Positions 50,366 through 63,144 of a stretch of 64,000 bases of DNA are shown here, piece after piece. A model generated the notes under the pieces. The model made no database searches, was not told where the DNA came from, and saw only the letters and a program-made list of their open reading frames with translations. The translations under genes and the position numbers were made by a program. The first letter of the stretch is position 1. Each line of letters opens with the position of its first letter. Origin of the DNA: Hormiphora californensis (lineage: Eukaryota; Animalia; Ctenophora); NCBI GenBank assembly GCA_020137815.1, contig CM035356.1, positions 3,472,001-3,536,000 on the forward strand, read 5' to 3'.

Positions 50366-53300
50366 TGTTGACAAAAAAGCACACACGCCGCCACAGAAAT
50401 GAGAAGGACACATTTTAACAAGCACATTCTTCCACTCAGAGATCTGTGGACATGATGCTATGGAAAGGTTCTCAGCAGTTCTAAACCAATAAATGTGGTA
50501 TCTGTTATAGAGGGAGCCGGGAGGGTGAGGGTAGAAATTGAGAATTGATAGCTCACAGGTAATGTACATTGAAGATGGAAGATTTTGACAGATTTGTCCA
50601 CAACATCACTGAATACTGATCTGTACTGGAGAATGTGTGCAGATCTAATTGATCAGTCAACAAAAATAGCGTATATATCGTCAATTTAGGAAACAGTAAT
50701 CGTTCCAGTTATCGTGAAATAAATGTGCAAATTTCACACGAATTCTGGATAGTTTATTGTTTCCCAAAGTCGAAAAATCAATCTGATTAATTGAAAAGGT
50801 ACCTCTCCACGCAGCAAGTTGAAGCCTATACATATGTTTATTGTTTATTCAAGTATGTTGTCCTGGTAGACCTAGATAAGTGTGGTAGGCTCATAAATAT
50901 GCAAAGGCATGCCAAAATAATATAGAAGTAAAGGTATAGAAGAATGTTAAGATAGGGAAGGACTGCAGCAGAGAGAGACATGGATGTAAAATTGGAATTC
51001 ACAACACGATCCTAGCCCCAGGTATCAATTTCAGATCACTTCAAGTTGCAAGAAATTCTACTACGTTAACTCCTATCAAGTCTTTAGCTCAACTGTTTTA
51101 AGGCACCAGTTGTATCAGACCCTAAAATGATATCAGCTAGAAACGGAAGCAATTTGCCATAATTTACGTCGATATTTTTTAGTGTGAGAAGGTATATTAT
51201 ACTGTGTGATCACACTACCCCTTTACCTAATAATCAGGCTACTCCCACAAGTCCTTAATTCAACTATACGTAACATACTTGCGTATGTTTATTACTCATC
51301 CATGTCGCCATGGCAACCGAAGCAGTGGCTAGAAGTTGGGTAAAAGTTACGTTTCTTTCTGATAAAACCACACAGTATGAACGGGGGGCACACATATGGG
51401 AATTAATTAAAGCAGAGAGAGAGAGGCCGGTATGAAACATAACCACATAGAAGAGAGACAGTATCAGTTATAGCGTATGTAGCTATTACAATGTATCTCT
51501 CAGCCTCTCAGAGTCTCAATGAAACGAAATAGAGAAAGAAAAGGAGAGAAGGTGGGATTGAAAAAATACGAAAATGGTACCGTAAATTTGGAAGAATGAA
51601 AAGGAGAGGCAGCCAATTAACAAGTTAGTCAGCTTCAAAATGACATACAATGCAAGGTACAGGTTCGATTCAATTTCAACGTGAAAATCAGATGTCGCAA
51701 ATTTGAGAATCGAACCAATTTGGACTGTAGGTGAAATTAATTCAGTGTTTTAAAAAACGCAGTCTATATCATCTGAAAGTTAATAAAACTTTATCAATGC
51801 TCATGCCCATGGTCATTCAAAGTCTATTCGAAGTCCATATCTTTTACTGATCCACCCGAGAACTTTCGTTTGGATCCAACCATAACCCGAGTCAATGCAA
51901 ATTCCACGTGTACCTACGTGGACAACCCATACATTCAAGTTCTCGCAAAGTCCCTGTATGGCGCCATACCCCATTTGATTCTCTCAGTGCGCTCAGATGG
52001 GGTCGGCGGCGCCAGACATCAAATTCCCCGGTAATTTTTACTACTCCTGGAGTAGAGCTCACTACAAGGTTCGAACATGTCAGACTCCGAGAATTTCCAT
52101 ATCCAATGTTTGATTCCGTACTTTCGGCAAAGTTTCGTGATTATGTGCGAAGTTTTGGTTACCGTTTTGACGGTCATGTCCATGAAATTCATCGTCATGA
52201 TAATGGCGTCAATCTGTAGTTGTCTGTTGTTATAGGAAATCACACTTCACAATTGTTGTACTGAATTCAAGGAAATGCGTCATGACACATGTGCCAAATA
52301 CTGTGATAACTGCACGTGCATTATGAAACTGTCAGCCTTTCCATCCGACTTTAAAATGAAGCCTTTACTTGAATTAAATCCTCGTATATATTACCGCGAG
52401 TGGCACAGAACATTCAAGTATGGGTATAACGCATAGCACATATAATATGAGATATGAGATGAAACTAGGACAGAGCAATTCTGACAGTTCTTACCTCTGA
52501 TCTCCTCCTCCTCCTTCGTGTGATCATGCTGATTAAATTGAAAGAGCTTCGTTTACTAGCTCTCTATTTCGTATGTCTGATCCCTACTGTATCTAATTTC
52601 TTCCATACCTCTGATCCCCCGGTGAAGTGTGACCTCGGGATCTGTTGTCCATTTTAAACGAGAAACATTTACGTTGGCTTTCGTTATTATGCTTCATTAC
52701 GTCAGACTCAGAGAAAAGCAAGAACTCTTTGGCTGCGAAGCTACCAAGCACGTTGGAGTTCACGCGAGCTACGTATAGGGGATTTATGCCCAAGAGATTC
52801 TAATCGTTTAGCAGCTGGTTCCTTCGTTAGTTTTACCAGGGAGCTTTCAGTAAAATACCTACTTAGTGTCAGTAAAGGATTGCGTCATGACATAGAGAAA
52901 CTACCTCCGAGTAACTTGATTCTTTGCCTTTTCTCACTTTCTCAAAAAGGAGGAAAGCAACAATCGCTGTTTTACCGAAAGCATTCCTATTGGATGGTGA
53001 AACTATATAAAGTTATACATACCAGGCAAATGCATTTGAAATCATTTCAAACGATCGCGATTCTCTAGAACTGTAAAAAGTTTAAAGTAGTGCTAGTTAC
53101 ACAGTTGGGTGTGTTTCACCGAGAGCAGCTGCTGCACCCTTTTTAGAACTGGAATGGGGGACTTTTTGCCCTTTGCTTAAAGTTGTCTAAACTGCTCCTG
53201 CCCTTCATAGCCATGACAGTGTTGATCGTAATTGACATGTTCCCAGTCTGTCGGCTCTTACACCGGACCTTCGGCTTACGTGAGCCTGCGTAAAAGTTAT

Positions 53301-54546
53301 ATTTATCTAAACGGTTATACGATTGCTACGATTATGCAATCTAATATCGGCTCTTAAAGTTGAATTCCTGCATTTCCAAACGCGTTTGTAGATTTCATTC
53401 CAGAAATATGTTCTTTTATATGCTACACTCATGAGCTCTTATTGCACATATCACATCTGTCTCATATAAGACATGTTTTATTAACCCTCTTGCAGATCTT
53501 GTAGGATCTCCAAAATTCGCATGATCTCTTTTTGACTCACGACCTGCATCGTTAACACTGTTGACAGAGTGACATGTTTGGTCGCTGACAAATTCTTCTT
53601 GACACCAACTGTCTGCTATAAGTTCTAATTCTAGGCTTGTTCAGTTATAGTCAACCATTCTTTTTTAAACATCATTCTTTTTGAAATATGAATTTTACGG
53701 ATTAGCTTCAGCTTAGTAATAGTTGTTAGCACCAGCTGTTAAATTCATCGTCGGTAGGGTGCGAGATGTAATGGATCGCTTAGAATGTCAGTTTGTGTGG
53801 TACTGTTTGTCATAGAATAAAGCTGTGTGTAATGAGTTAGGAATTAAATAATCTGTTTAATGTTATCGTTGCACTTTTACACTAATTGTTCTGCGTTTAT
53901 AGTAACTTTCAAAGGAGAGTACCGTCCTCCATGAAACTCTGGAATGATACCACATACAGTGTTTTAGCTTGTAACTTTTTCTACTTTTCTAGTCCACGAC
54001 CTCTCGACTGAGGATGAGTTTTCTTTCAAGTATAGCTGGATACCGCTTCTCCTTCTTCTATTCCTTCCCCTTCCCTTTCCCCTATCTCTATGTGTCTAAC
54101 AAGGCGCCGTGTGTTTAACCCGCTTAGACAGCTTGTATTCGATTTATAGAAATTCGAGTTATACTCAAACTCTGATGTTTACCTTTAGATTTTCTATTCT
54201 GGTAGTTTTATTTTGATTTGATTTCTGTGTTTTGTGCAGATCCTATGGATACACCATAAACAAGTGCTATAAACTTGTTACACCGCTGCTGTAGCGGATT
54301 AAATATATCCAGCAAGTAATGACCAGCTTCCCCCTCTATATTAATCTATACAATAGCATTAGATGCAGCTATACATATTCATTCCAAGAGGATACCCTCC
54401 CTCGTGCCGTACACACATCACTCACTTTAAGTTTAGGTTGTTCGAAGCTGTAGAAGATATTCAGATCCTCTGCTGCAACAAGGTCATCCCCTTGGCAGTG
54501 AAGCTGCCACCCACGTCGGGGGTGGCGCGACTTTGTCACACGCTAC

Positions 54547-56585
54547 GTAGGGTAGCGACTGGCTATTTGGCCGGGCTTGGTCGATTCGGAGGGTCCGATT
54601 TTGGGGGGGTCTTCTGGGAGACATTTTGCTCCTACTCCAACCGTTTTTGCTGTAATTGGGCTGTAATTGCGAAAAAGGTATCAGCAAGTAAGGGGGAAAT
54701 CAGCACGAAGCAGGCTACTGGAATAGAGTTGTTCCCCCTTTTCATAGAACTGGTTTTTTGCAATTACAGCAAAAGCGGTTGGAGTGGGAGCGGGGTGTCT
54801 CTCGGGGGCCCCCCCGGGATCGGGCCTTCTGAGTCGATTGAGCTTGGTCGCGGGTCTCTTCGGTCATCCGTTTTTGGGATGCAGGGAATTTCCCTCTTTT
54901 TCGGGGAGACGGGTTTCGCGGAGCGGGCTCTGTGCGCCGCGTCTTTGGCGGAGGGGTTCTAGAATTTTTGGGCCGCATTGGTGGTCGTTTGGAGCGGCTG
55001 TTTCCGGATTTTCGTCTCTAGTGAGGCGTGGGAGCGTTCTCGGCCGGCGTGTCGGGGACACGGGGGAGTGAACCGTTCTCATGGCCGGAAGGGAGCTCCG
55101 TTTCGGAGATCCTTCTTTGGGCTTGTTCGCCTTTATATTTTCTTCGGATTTCGGGAGTTTGGTGTTTCTGTCTCGGGGAAGGTGGTCCTGGGGTCGGAGG
55201 TTCCGACGGGGTTTGGGAGGGCGCCGCTTTGAGAGTGGGCTGTGACGGGGGTGTGGGTTCGACTTTGGGGCTGAAATTGCGTATTTGGGGTCCATTTTGT
55301 GTGGCCTGAGCCCTGGTGGGGTCATTTGGTTGGGCGCTCGGTGATGAGGGGCGCCGGGTGTACCCTTAAAGGGAGGTTTCCCCTGTGACCTGGTATGGCA
55401 CCAGCTCCCCAAGTCTCCTTGGGCCGAAGCAGTTGGCAACATACCAGCCACACCACCCAGGACGGGGAACGGGAGCCCCATGGCACCCACCCCTTACTGG
55501 CTAGTGCTTCGCACTAGCCAGCGTCCTCCCAGAAGAAGAAGAAGAAGAAGGCTATTTGAAACACTTTTTCACTTTTTTCCTTTGTGTGTCCACAAATCAA
55601 GTTGAACCGAAAATTTTTTCACCCTATGTTACTGAGACAGTCCCAGGGTAGTTTTTGGAGTGGTTTCATTTTGTCTTCCGGGGTCAGGGTCACGTGATAC
55701 ATACCCAAATTTGGTGTTTCAATTAGCCCACCTCAGTCTGCTGATTTGAAACACCCGTATCTCCCTCAATTTGTCCACGAAACCGAAATTTTTGACCTGA
55801 AATAGTTAGAAAGGGATTGTAAAGAGCCATTCCATGTCTGAATTCTGAATTTTTTTGCATGTGCTTGGTGCAGTGAATGTTTCCAAAAAGTGTTTCAAAT
55901 AGCCAGGAAAACAGTTTTGCCCCAAATTCGGCCAATTTTAGGCGGAAATGGCTAAATTCATAATTCATATCCTCCCTATACTCAAAATGAACATCAAAAT
56001 TTTCCGACAGCGGATTTGGAGAAAAGTGTTTCAAATAGCCCTCCGCAGTGTTTCAAATTACCAGAATCGCTTGCCCTGTAATATTATTGCCGGTTTAGAC
56101 CTGCTAAATTGGTGTTGCTTGTTTAAACAAGGTACCAGAGGGCACGCACAGACTGACCATACTTGACCATGACCACATTTGATCAAGATTTTGACCAAGT
56201 CGCACAGACATACCAAATTTGATCATTTGAACAAGCTTGGAGAGTAAAAACTGAAACTAATTCATAACATAGCGAAAACCACTGAACCCGACTAATTTCG
56301 ATACGCTGAATCACGTAAGCAACTTTTCCAGCCCCTCAGAGGTCGATAAAGTGCCGTAATTGAGTATAATTGGGTTATTAAGAATTAAGGCACTTTCTTG
56401 ACCTCTGAGGGATTGGAAAGGTTGTTTACGTGATTCAACGTATCAAAATTAGTCGGGTTCAGTGCTTAGACAAGCTAATACACATGTACGGGGCACTATC
56501 TTTCAAATAGCCAGTCCACCTGTTTCAAATAGCCAGACACTGTTTCAAATTGGCAGACGTTTCAAATAGCCAGTCACTACCCTAC
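54547..56585. mobile_element. Host MITE (TIR GTAGGGTAG[C/T]GACTGGCTATTTGAAAC) interrupted in its left TIR by the 54570-55549 insertion; contains a nested CACTG hairpin element 56280-56464
   Basis: Left TIR 54547-54569 resumes at 55550 (GGCTATTTGAAAC); right TIR TTTCAAATAGCCAGTCACTACCCTAC ends at 56585; TTTCAAATAGCC subterminal repeats. Confidence 0.8.
54570..55549 (+). mobile_element. Retrotransposed, A->G-hypermutated Kolobok-like foldback copy plus non-LTR-type 3' tail
   Basis: Aligns to 29072-30461 with pervasive A->G; 5'-truncated; ends in an 11-bp stem-loop and (AGA)6; GGCTATTTG duplicated at 54561-54569 and 55550-55558. Confidence 0.85.
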
Positions 56586-58498
56586 CTATAGGGGATTGCG
56601 TGACGTGCCCAAGTCATCCCCTCGTACGAATACCCTTCGGGTTTATCTCTCATCCAGTTCAGCACTGAGTTAAGTTGTTCCTCCTAATAAGTAATAACCT
56701 ACCAAGTTACCCCTTGTAGTTTGTCCGCTCTCGCAAGACGTCGGGATAACCATCGCCGAGTGGCATGCCATGGCATTGGGATCGTTTCATAGTTTTACGA
56801 AAAGCTTTCGTTGACACGGAGAGGTCACGAAATATAGAAAAAAATGCCGAAATGGGATAACTGCACATTAACCACATGACTCGACGTTGGGTAACCACTG
56901 TAACATAAAGTTACAGTGCCATTATTTCCTAATGGTTGCCCTCCTCCAACGAATGTTCAATGTATGCACCCTTGCCTATGCTACACGCCCCCCTGATTAA
57001 TTAACTACAAGTAATTATAATGTTTGTGTATGCAGCCCCTCTTTTAATTACGCAGCTCGAGCCTGGCTGATTGCTCACGTAATTCTAGAAATAAACTTGT
57101 TTATTATATCGAGTCGCCCCTCTCTCTCCCTTGATCACTTAGCCAGCTGTTCAAGGGACAGTTCCCAGTGCAAACAACTTCTTCCAGGAACTGTAATCAA
57201 TCAATGAAGCTACTCTCATGCGACTTGACTAGCTACTACATATATGATTTTAGATACTATTCCAGCTTTGAGTTATAAATAGTTGAACTACATAACCATG
57301 TCTAGCCAAGTCTCTAGGTGAAAGGAAAAATGTATTTAATGGATGCTAGGTTAACTTGAAGGGGTGTGAGGTAGGGGAAGGGAAGGGAACTGATTTCTAG
57401 AATAGATGTATCTGTCATATGAAACTGAAAGATCTAGAGAGATAGGTCAGTAAATGAGCTAGTGGGGGTGTCTGATTAATCCGTGTGAGGCCCTTGCACG
57501 TCTTCAACTGCGTTCCCTCTCATCAGTCATCACATATAATACGCGACGAGTGTGTGTGTGAGTCCGAGAACTGTAAAACAAGTTTATTGAGTTTCTCAAT
57601 TGACAGTGAGTAGTGACACACTGTGTGTCATGTTCATGACAATGAAGAAGTTCCAATGAGTAGGTAGTATTATACAGCTTGTTGAGTAAGGGGTGGAGGA
57701 GAGGGTCTCTCACTCAACAGCTGCAGTAGTCAGCAATCCAGCGCAGCTACTCATTAATTTGTTGCTGTATTTTTTTGGCAAGTCTTGCCTTATTTTCTTT
57801 ATTTTTGATCTCGAAAATCTTTAGCTTCAATTGCTTGCTTAATTTGATTTTTTCTAACCCAATCGGATTTCAAGTGTAGCACTAGCAGATGAGATTGAGA
57901 TCGTACTATACGAGAAACTCACTTCGTAAGATCCGTCATGACTTGTTGAGTAAGGGGTGAGAGGGTTAGGGTTAGTCTTGGTGACATAGACACCTGGCGC
58001 GACCTAGATTGAGCTCACTATGTCACCAAGGGTTAGTCATGACGGTCATTTAGGATTGCAATCTCCTTATATTCTCGTAATCAGGTCCCGTCTCGCCTTG
58101 TAGCTCTTACAGCGCCAAATTATGTAGAATTATGAAGAATATGTATGTCAGACTCTGACTCAGAGCATGACAGGTGGGGCAATCTTAGAAAAAAAAAAGA
58201 GGATCGTATACGGATCTCTTTTTTATCATGAAATTAATCAACAAAATTCTTGTGACTCGAGTTCTTCAGAATCCATTCTTCTGTCTCGTCTGGAGAACGC
58301 GGCACTAAATGTCATTAACTTGATCTTGATATGCATTATGCATTGCATCTTAAATTGCTCCTTTTAAAATGATTTCTGCAATTATCCTTTATGTCTCCTC
58401 ACCCTCTACCAATTGCGGTACTTTTGTAAAATTTTATAATTCGTCGTCGCATTGTAAATGTAAATTGTAAAATATAGCTAACAATTTCTTCCCTTACA

Positions 58499-59628
58499 GT
58501 TTCATGATGCCAATCCCACCACTTGGCTCTCCATCTACCAATACACCCGAGATAATGGGGGTACTAGGAGAAAACCACTGTGGTATCCATCATCATCCTG
58601 ATGATACTTGGTCCTCTATCTCAACACGCTGATCCTGTACATGTTCCTGAAAAATAAACACTATCGCCTACCCAGCCGACTGCAACTTGTTCACTCTCGG
58701 CTCTGGATGATCCTGGGGACAGCTCTCCTAGGTGGAGCCGATTGTCATCAGTATGTTCTATCACGGTGATAACTTTGCGGCCTCACCCATCCTCTGTCGA
58801 CTCTTCTCAAATCTTCTCCACATCTTCCCCTGGGGATCTATCATCAGTTTAATGATCCTCAGTTTCACACGAGTCATCATCGTACTCTTCCCCCTGGCTC
58901 ACAAGATCTGGATTACCCGGCAGAGAGTTGTGTATGTGATCATTATAAAGTACGTGTTTATCGCGGTCTTCCTGACCATCTCCAACCCCCTCTGGAGGAT
59001 ACTCTACCAGCCCCAACTTCAGAGCTGTTTTGTCAGTTATATTATGCCGGGTGACAAGCTCGAGGTACCACATACGAACGTTATGCCCTTCATCGTACTA
59101 TTTGGTAGTGTAACGATCATAGCGTTATCTTCCGTTGTCCTAGGGCAGTTCCTGAGGTTACAGTGCACAGCTGATAAACGGTTGAGGAATAGGAGCAGGC
59201 TGAGTAGCATCGCACGAGAACTGTTTTTACTTGTGGTTGTGTTTGTGGTGACGACCATTCTGGTACCTTTCCTCGCTCTAAAACAGTATCTCGACATTGA
59301 GCTAGACCCTGCTGATACGGAGATTTTAGCACAAGTTGCCAAAGTTCTGTTCTACCTGGCCCCCGTAGCAAACCCTCTCATATACGCCCTGAGGAAGGGA
59401 GAGTATCGTATCAGTGGTGCATCTAAAAGGTCAGGCAGCAAAATGAAGCAGTACTTTGTGAAAAATGTCAGTATCCAGAGCCGATCTGATAGTAACGGGA
59501 CACCGAGACGAAGTGTAAAGCTGTGTGAAGTGAGGGTCAGGGGGCTTCATACTGCAGTAGCTGCTGCAGCAGCAGGCGCGAACGGAGTAGACTTGTGTAT
59601 GGTAGCAGCAAACAGAGCTGCAACATGA
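58499..59628 (+). CDS. Rhodopsin-class GPCR 3 (large exon; several indels in the TM1-TM2 region = assembly errors or pseudogene)
   Basis: ORF 58732-59628 has LCR..SIISLMILSFTR..FPL, TM4, ECL2 Cys, TM5, TM6, ANPLIYALR; TM1/TM2 are seen in shifted frames upstream (VVSIIILMILG, LNTLILYMF). Confidence 0.8.
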
Positions 59629-59649
59629 TATTATCTTTGTGTGTGTGTA

Positions 59650-61118
59650 CACGGTGCACCAGAAGGATCGTCAACCCAAAGTTGAGCCCGCAAAACAAAC
59701 TTTTGTTGGGGGTGACCCAGGAGGCCTTCCTGAACATCCCCACGGTGAGAAAAGTATATGTTATGGGGGAAAATTTTTGTCAAAATCGAAAAAACTGGTT
59801 TTTGGTCCAAATTTGTGCATAACTTACTTGACTGCCGTTTGATGAAATATCTGATTGACATAAAATAAGTAGACCAGACCTATTTTTGCACGAGAAATCG
59901 ATTGCCGGTGGAGAGAAATCTCTAAAATGACCGGAAAATTGTCAAATATGGGAATTTTGTCATTTTTTTGAGGTTTTTGGCCCTTTAACTATTGAAAACG
60001 TTGAGATAGGAAGTTGGCAATAGCGCCAATCGTTAAAATGGTCATTTTTCTACGGGATCCCAAAATTTCATGTATATCCGATTCATTGTTAGATTTTGGC
60101 AAACTATTGAGATGTGCTTACTGAAAAAAGGATAACTTGATTTTCTCGTTTTTTGCGATTTTTTAACTTTTGACAGAATTCTGATTGAAATGGCCAATCA
60201 CGGCCATGCTAAAGTTGTTTATGGGACAATTTCCGACCAAAATCCAAGATTTCATGCAAATCCAATTACAGATCATTGATTTATAGAAAGTTGAAATAGG
60301 CAAAAAAAGGCCAATTGTTACCATGAAAACAAAAATACACATTTTTTCTTGTCAATTTCCATCAACAACTGGTACCCTACCTATTTTTTGCACGTAGAAT
60401 CGATTGCCGGTGAAGTGGATCCTCTTAAATGATTGGAAAGCGGTCGGTAAAAAATTGGCCTTTTTTGCCTATTTCAACTTTCTATAAATCAATGATCTGT
60501 CATTGGATTTGCATGAAATCTTGGATTTTGGTCGAAAATTGTCCCATAAACAACTTTAGCATGGCCCTGATTGGCCATTTCAATCGGAATTCTTTCAAAA
60601 GTTAAAAAATCGCAAAAAACGAGAAAATCAAGTTATCCTTTTTTCAGTAAGCACATCTCAATAGTTTGCCAAAATCTAACAATGAATCGGATATACATGA
60701 AATTTTGGGATCCCGTAGAAAAATGACCATTTTAACGATTGGCGCTATTGCCAACTTCCTATCTCAACGTTTCAATGGTTAAAGGGCCAAAAACCTCAAA
60801 AAAAATGACAAAATTCCCATATTTGACAATTTTCCGGTCATTTTAGAGATTTCTCTCCACCGGCAATCGATTTCTCGTGCAAAAATAGGTCTGGTCTACT
60901 TATTTTATGTCAATCAGATATTTCATCAAACGGCAGTCAAGTAAGTTATGCACAAATTTGGACCAAAAACCAGTTTTTTCGATTTTGACAAAAATTTTCC
61001 CCCATAACATATACTTTTCTCACCGTGGGGATGTTCAGGAAGGCCTCCTGGGTCACCCCCAACAAAAGTTTGTTTTGCGGGCTCAACTTTGGGTTGACGA
61101 TCCTTCTGGTGCACCGTG
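59650..61118. mobile_element. 1.47-kb foldback element, CAC termini, 4-bp TGTA TSD (Chapaev/CMC-like, non-autonomous)
   Basis: TGTA|CACGGTGCACCAGAAGG ... CCTTCTGGTGCACCGTG|TGTA; ~670-bp near-perfect arms (mirrored ORFs 59631-/60907+). Confidence 0.88.
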
Positions 61119-61527
61119 TGTACTGTGTGTACTGTGTGTACTGAGATAATCTGCTTGACTTTGGACTATGGACTGGACATTGTCTGATAAGATCTTGGGT
61201 GAGAGTCCAGTTCTAAGTCTCTGATGAATGATGAAAAAAGTGTAGAAGTGTAGAAGTCCATGGACTTTTGTGAGAGTTTGTGACTAAGCTGGACAATTGT
61301 TTGTTGCAAGTTGCTTGTGAGCGTGTAATGGCTGGGCAATTAGACAAAGATTTGTGAATTTATTGGAAGAAATGCTGTTCCATTACATGTCAAATTTCTT
61401 CAGTTTGCCGTTTTAAGAACTCGTCTTTCCTTGGCAACCAGGAATCATATATTTGCACGTGCAAAATTGTTTCTTTCTCTACGATCCGATTTCTTCGACT
61501 CCTCGTCCCACGCGGCTGGCTGTAACT

Positions 61528-63144
61528 ATGAAGAAGGGTACAACCTACCAAGCTACCTATCGGAATCTTCCTTCCAAGAAAACTGCACTTGCTCGGCCAC
61601 CCACCGCTCCTTTCAACCTTAAAAACGTAGGTAGCTCGAGGAAGTAGTTTTCTACGAATATTTGAATTTTATTTGAATTTTATTATACGTATTCAACAGT
61701 TAGCTATTCCATTCCTTTTATTCGACAAATTTATAGTTGTCCAATAAAAAGAGGTATATTCAAGTCTGGGATTGTAGCAAATATTATGAGCTCATTGCAA
61801 TGCAAACCATGGAGCAAATGCATATTAAAGAAATCTATCATTACCCCTACTCGCTCTGTCAGAGCATTGGCCGGACCCTATTCTCAAATCTCTCGCGGAG
61901 CGTGCGTCGTGCGAGAACCGTGGTCAGAGTTGTCTCATATAAGACCCTCCTCTTCGCGAGGCTCTCTACGTGAGGCCGCGTAGCATCGAGGTTGCGCGAT
62001 GTACAGTCAGTGTATGACAAGGTCAGAGCTGATCCCTTGGTGATAGCTGATGTCGAGGTGTGGTTACTGGTAGGGGTGGGTGGTGTTAGGTGTGGAGGCT
62101 GGTGTAAGGTGTTGTGGGGGTTTGGTTTCGCGGTTCCAATTGGGGTTGGTCTGGCAACATATTTCATGTTAACTGTTTCAGATGCCTATGGAGAAGAACA
62201 GTTCCTATGGCTCAGAGTTTACCACCAAGGAGTTCAGTAAACCAAGCCCTATACTTTCTGGTAAGAGAGATAGGTGATAAAATATTGTTGACAGGCATTA
62301 ATTTATTTTTAGTTTTACCAGCCGCCGGCCATATGGTTGTCAAGAAGACGAGACAATTTTGAGGTTTTGATTTTTTTAATTTTTGATAGAGTTATCGGAG
62401 ATTATTCTGTCTAATATGCATTGCTCATGATAAAATTCCCCTTCACCCATTAGCAACCTCAACGGGTTATAGACGAAACAACCCCCACCCGAGTAAAGAG
62501 TTTCTGGAGTGGAAAATCCCCCGAGGTGGCGGTCTTGAGAAGCAGGTGAGAATCAAGGTGGGGGGATGGGGGGTTGGGGTGCCTGAGAATCATTCAATTA
62601 CATTTGGTTATTTGTTACCGAGTGGCGAGTAGGTACCTACTTGATTTGGCAACACTTTACATACATCATTACGTGTTCCATTTTACAAGAGATTTGTAAT
62701 TTTTCAACAGTTGACAAATGAAAAACAGGGTTAAATTGAATCAGGTTTTTCCCATTTCCCTCTGATTTCCCCCTCCTCTATCTTCAATTCTCTCAGGACA
62801 GTCTAGATGAAGCAAAACTGCACGAAATCTTCAAGAAACAACTGGTAACGTCCTACCAAAACGACTATCTTGGAGTCCAACCCAGTGAAGAACTAGCAGA
62901 GGCGCTGGCAAGGGGGTCAGGAGCTGAGATGGAGGGTAAAGTGTACTGTCTCGATACGAGTATGAGGCATGCATTCCAGCAACCATTTGTTGATCCAGAG
63001 ATACAGGGAAACACTAAACGGTATGACTGTAACGAGAAAAAGATGCAGAATGCAGTGGGGATTGTCCCCACAGTGCAGAAGACTAAACTCGCCCTGGCCC
63101 TGTCAAGCAAAACTGAGACTTCTTACACGTCTGAATTTTCTTAA
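61528..63144 (+). CDS. TEX26: Testis-expressed protein 26 homolog. Exons ~61528-61626, 62182-62260, 62454-62545, 62797-63144; start uncertain
   Basis: Phase-compatible exons: TTYQATY, SSYGSEF..K, RRNNPHP.KEFLEWKIP, TSYQNDY, LDTSMRHAFQQP..PEIQGNTKRYDCN..AVGIVPTV, ETSYTSEF; these resemble human TEX26 as I recall it (DTEFRRNYQIP..PELQ..KYGC..QGLVPSV..TTYQSDY). Confidence 0.75.

Noticed and set aside
51740-52260. Possible decayed coding sequence on the minus strand
   Set aside because: Interrupted by stops and a micro-MITE; no family recognisable by eye.
54363-55490. Cluster of GC-rich ORFs up to 208 aa suggesting a foreign gene or HGT
   Set aside because: By-product of A->G conversion removing stop codons in a MITE copy.
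59650-61118. RAG/Transib assignment from the RSS-like CACGGTG end
   Set aside because: The TSD is 4 bp (TGTA), not 5 bp, and there is no transposase ORF; Chapaev-like fits better.
61737-62240. ORFs inside TEX26 intron 1
   Set aside because: They overlap a dispersed repeat and are not needed for a phase-consistent TEX26 model.
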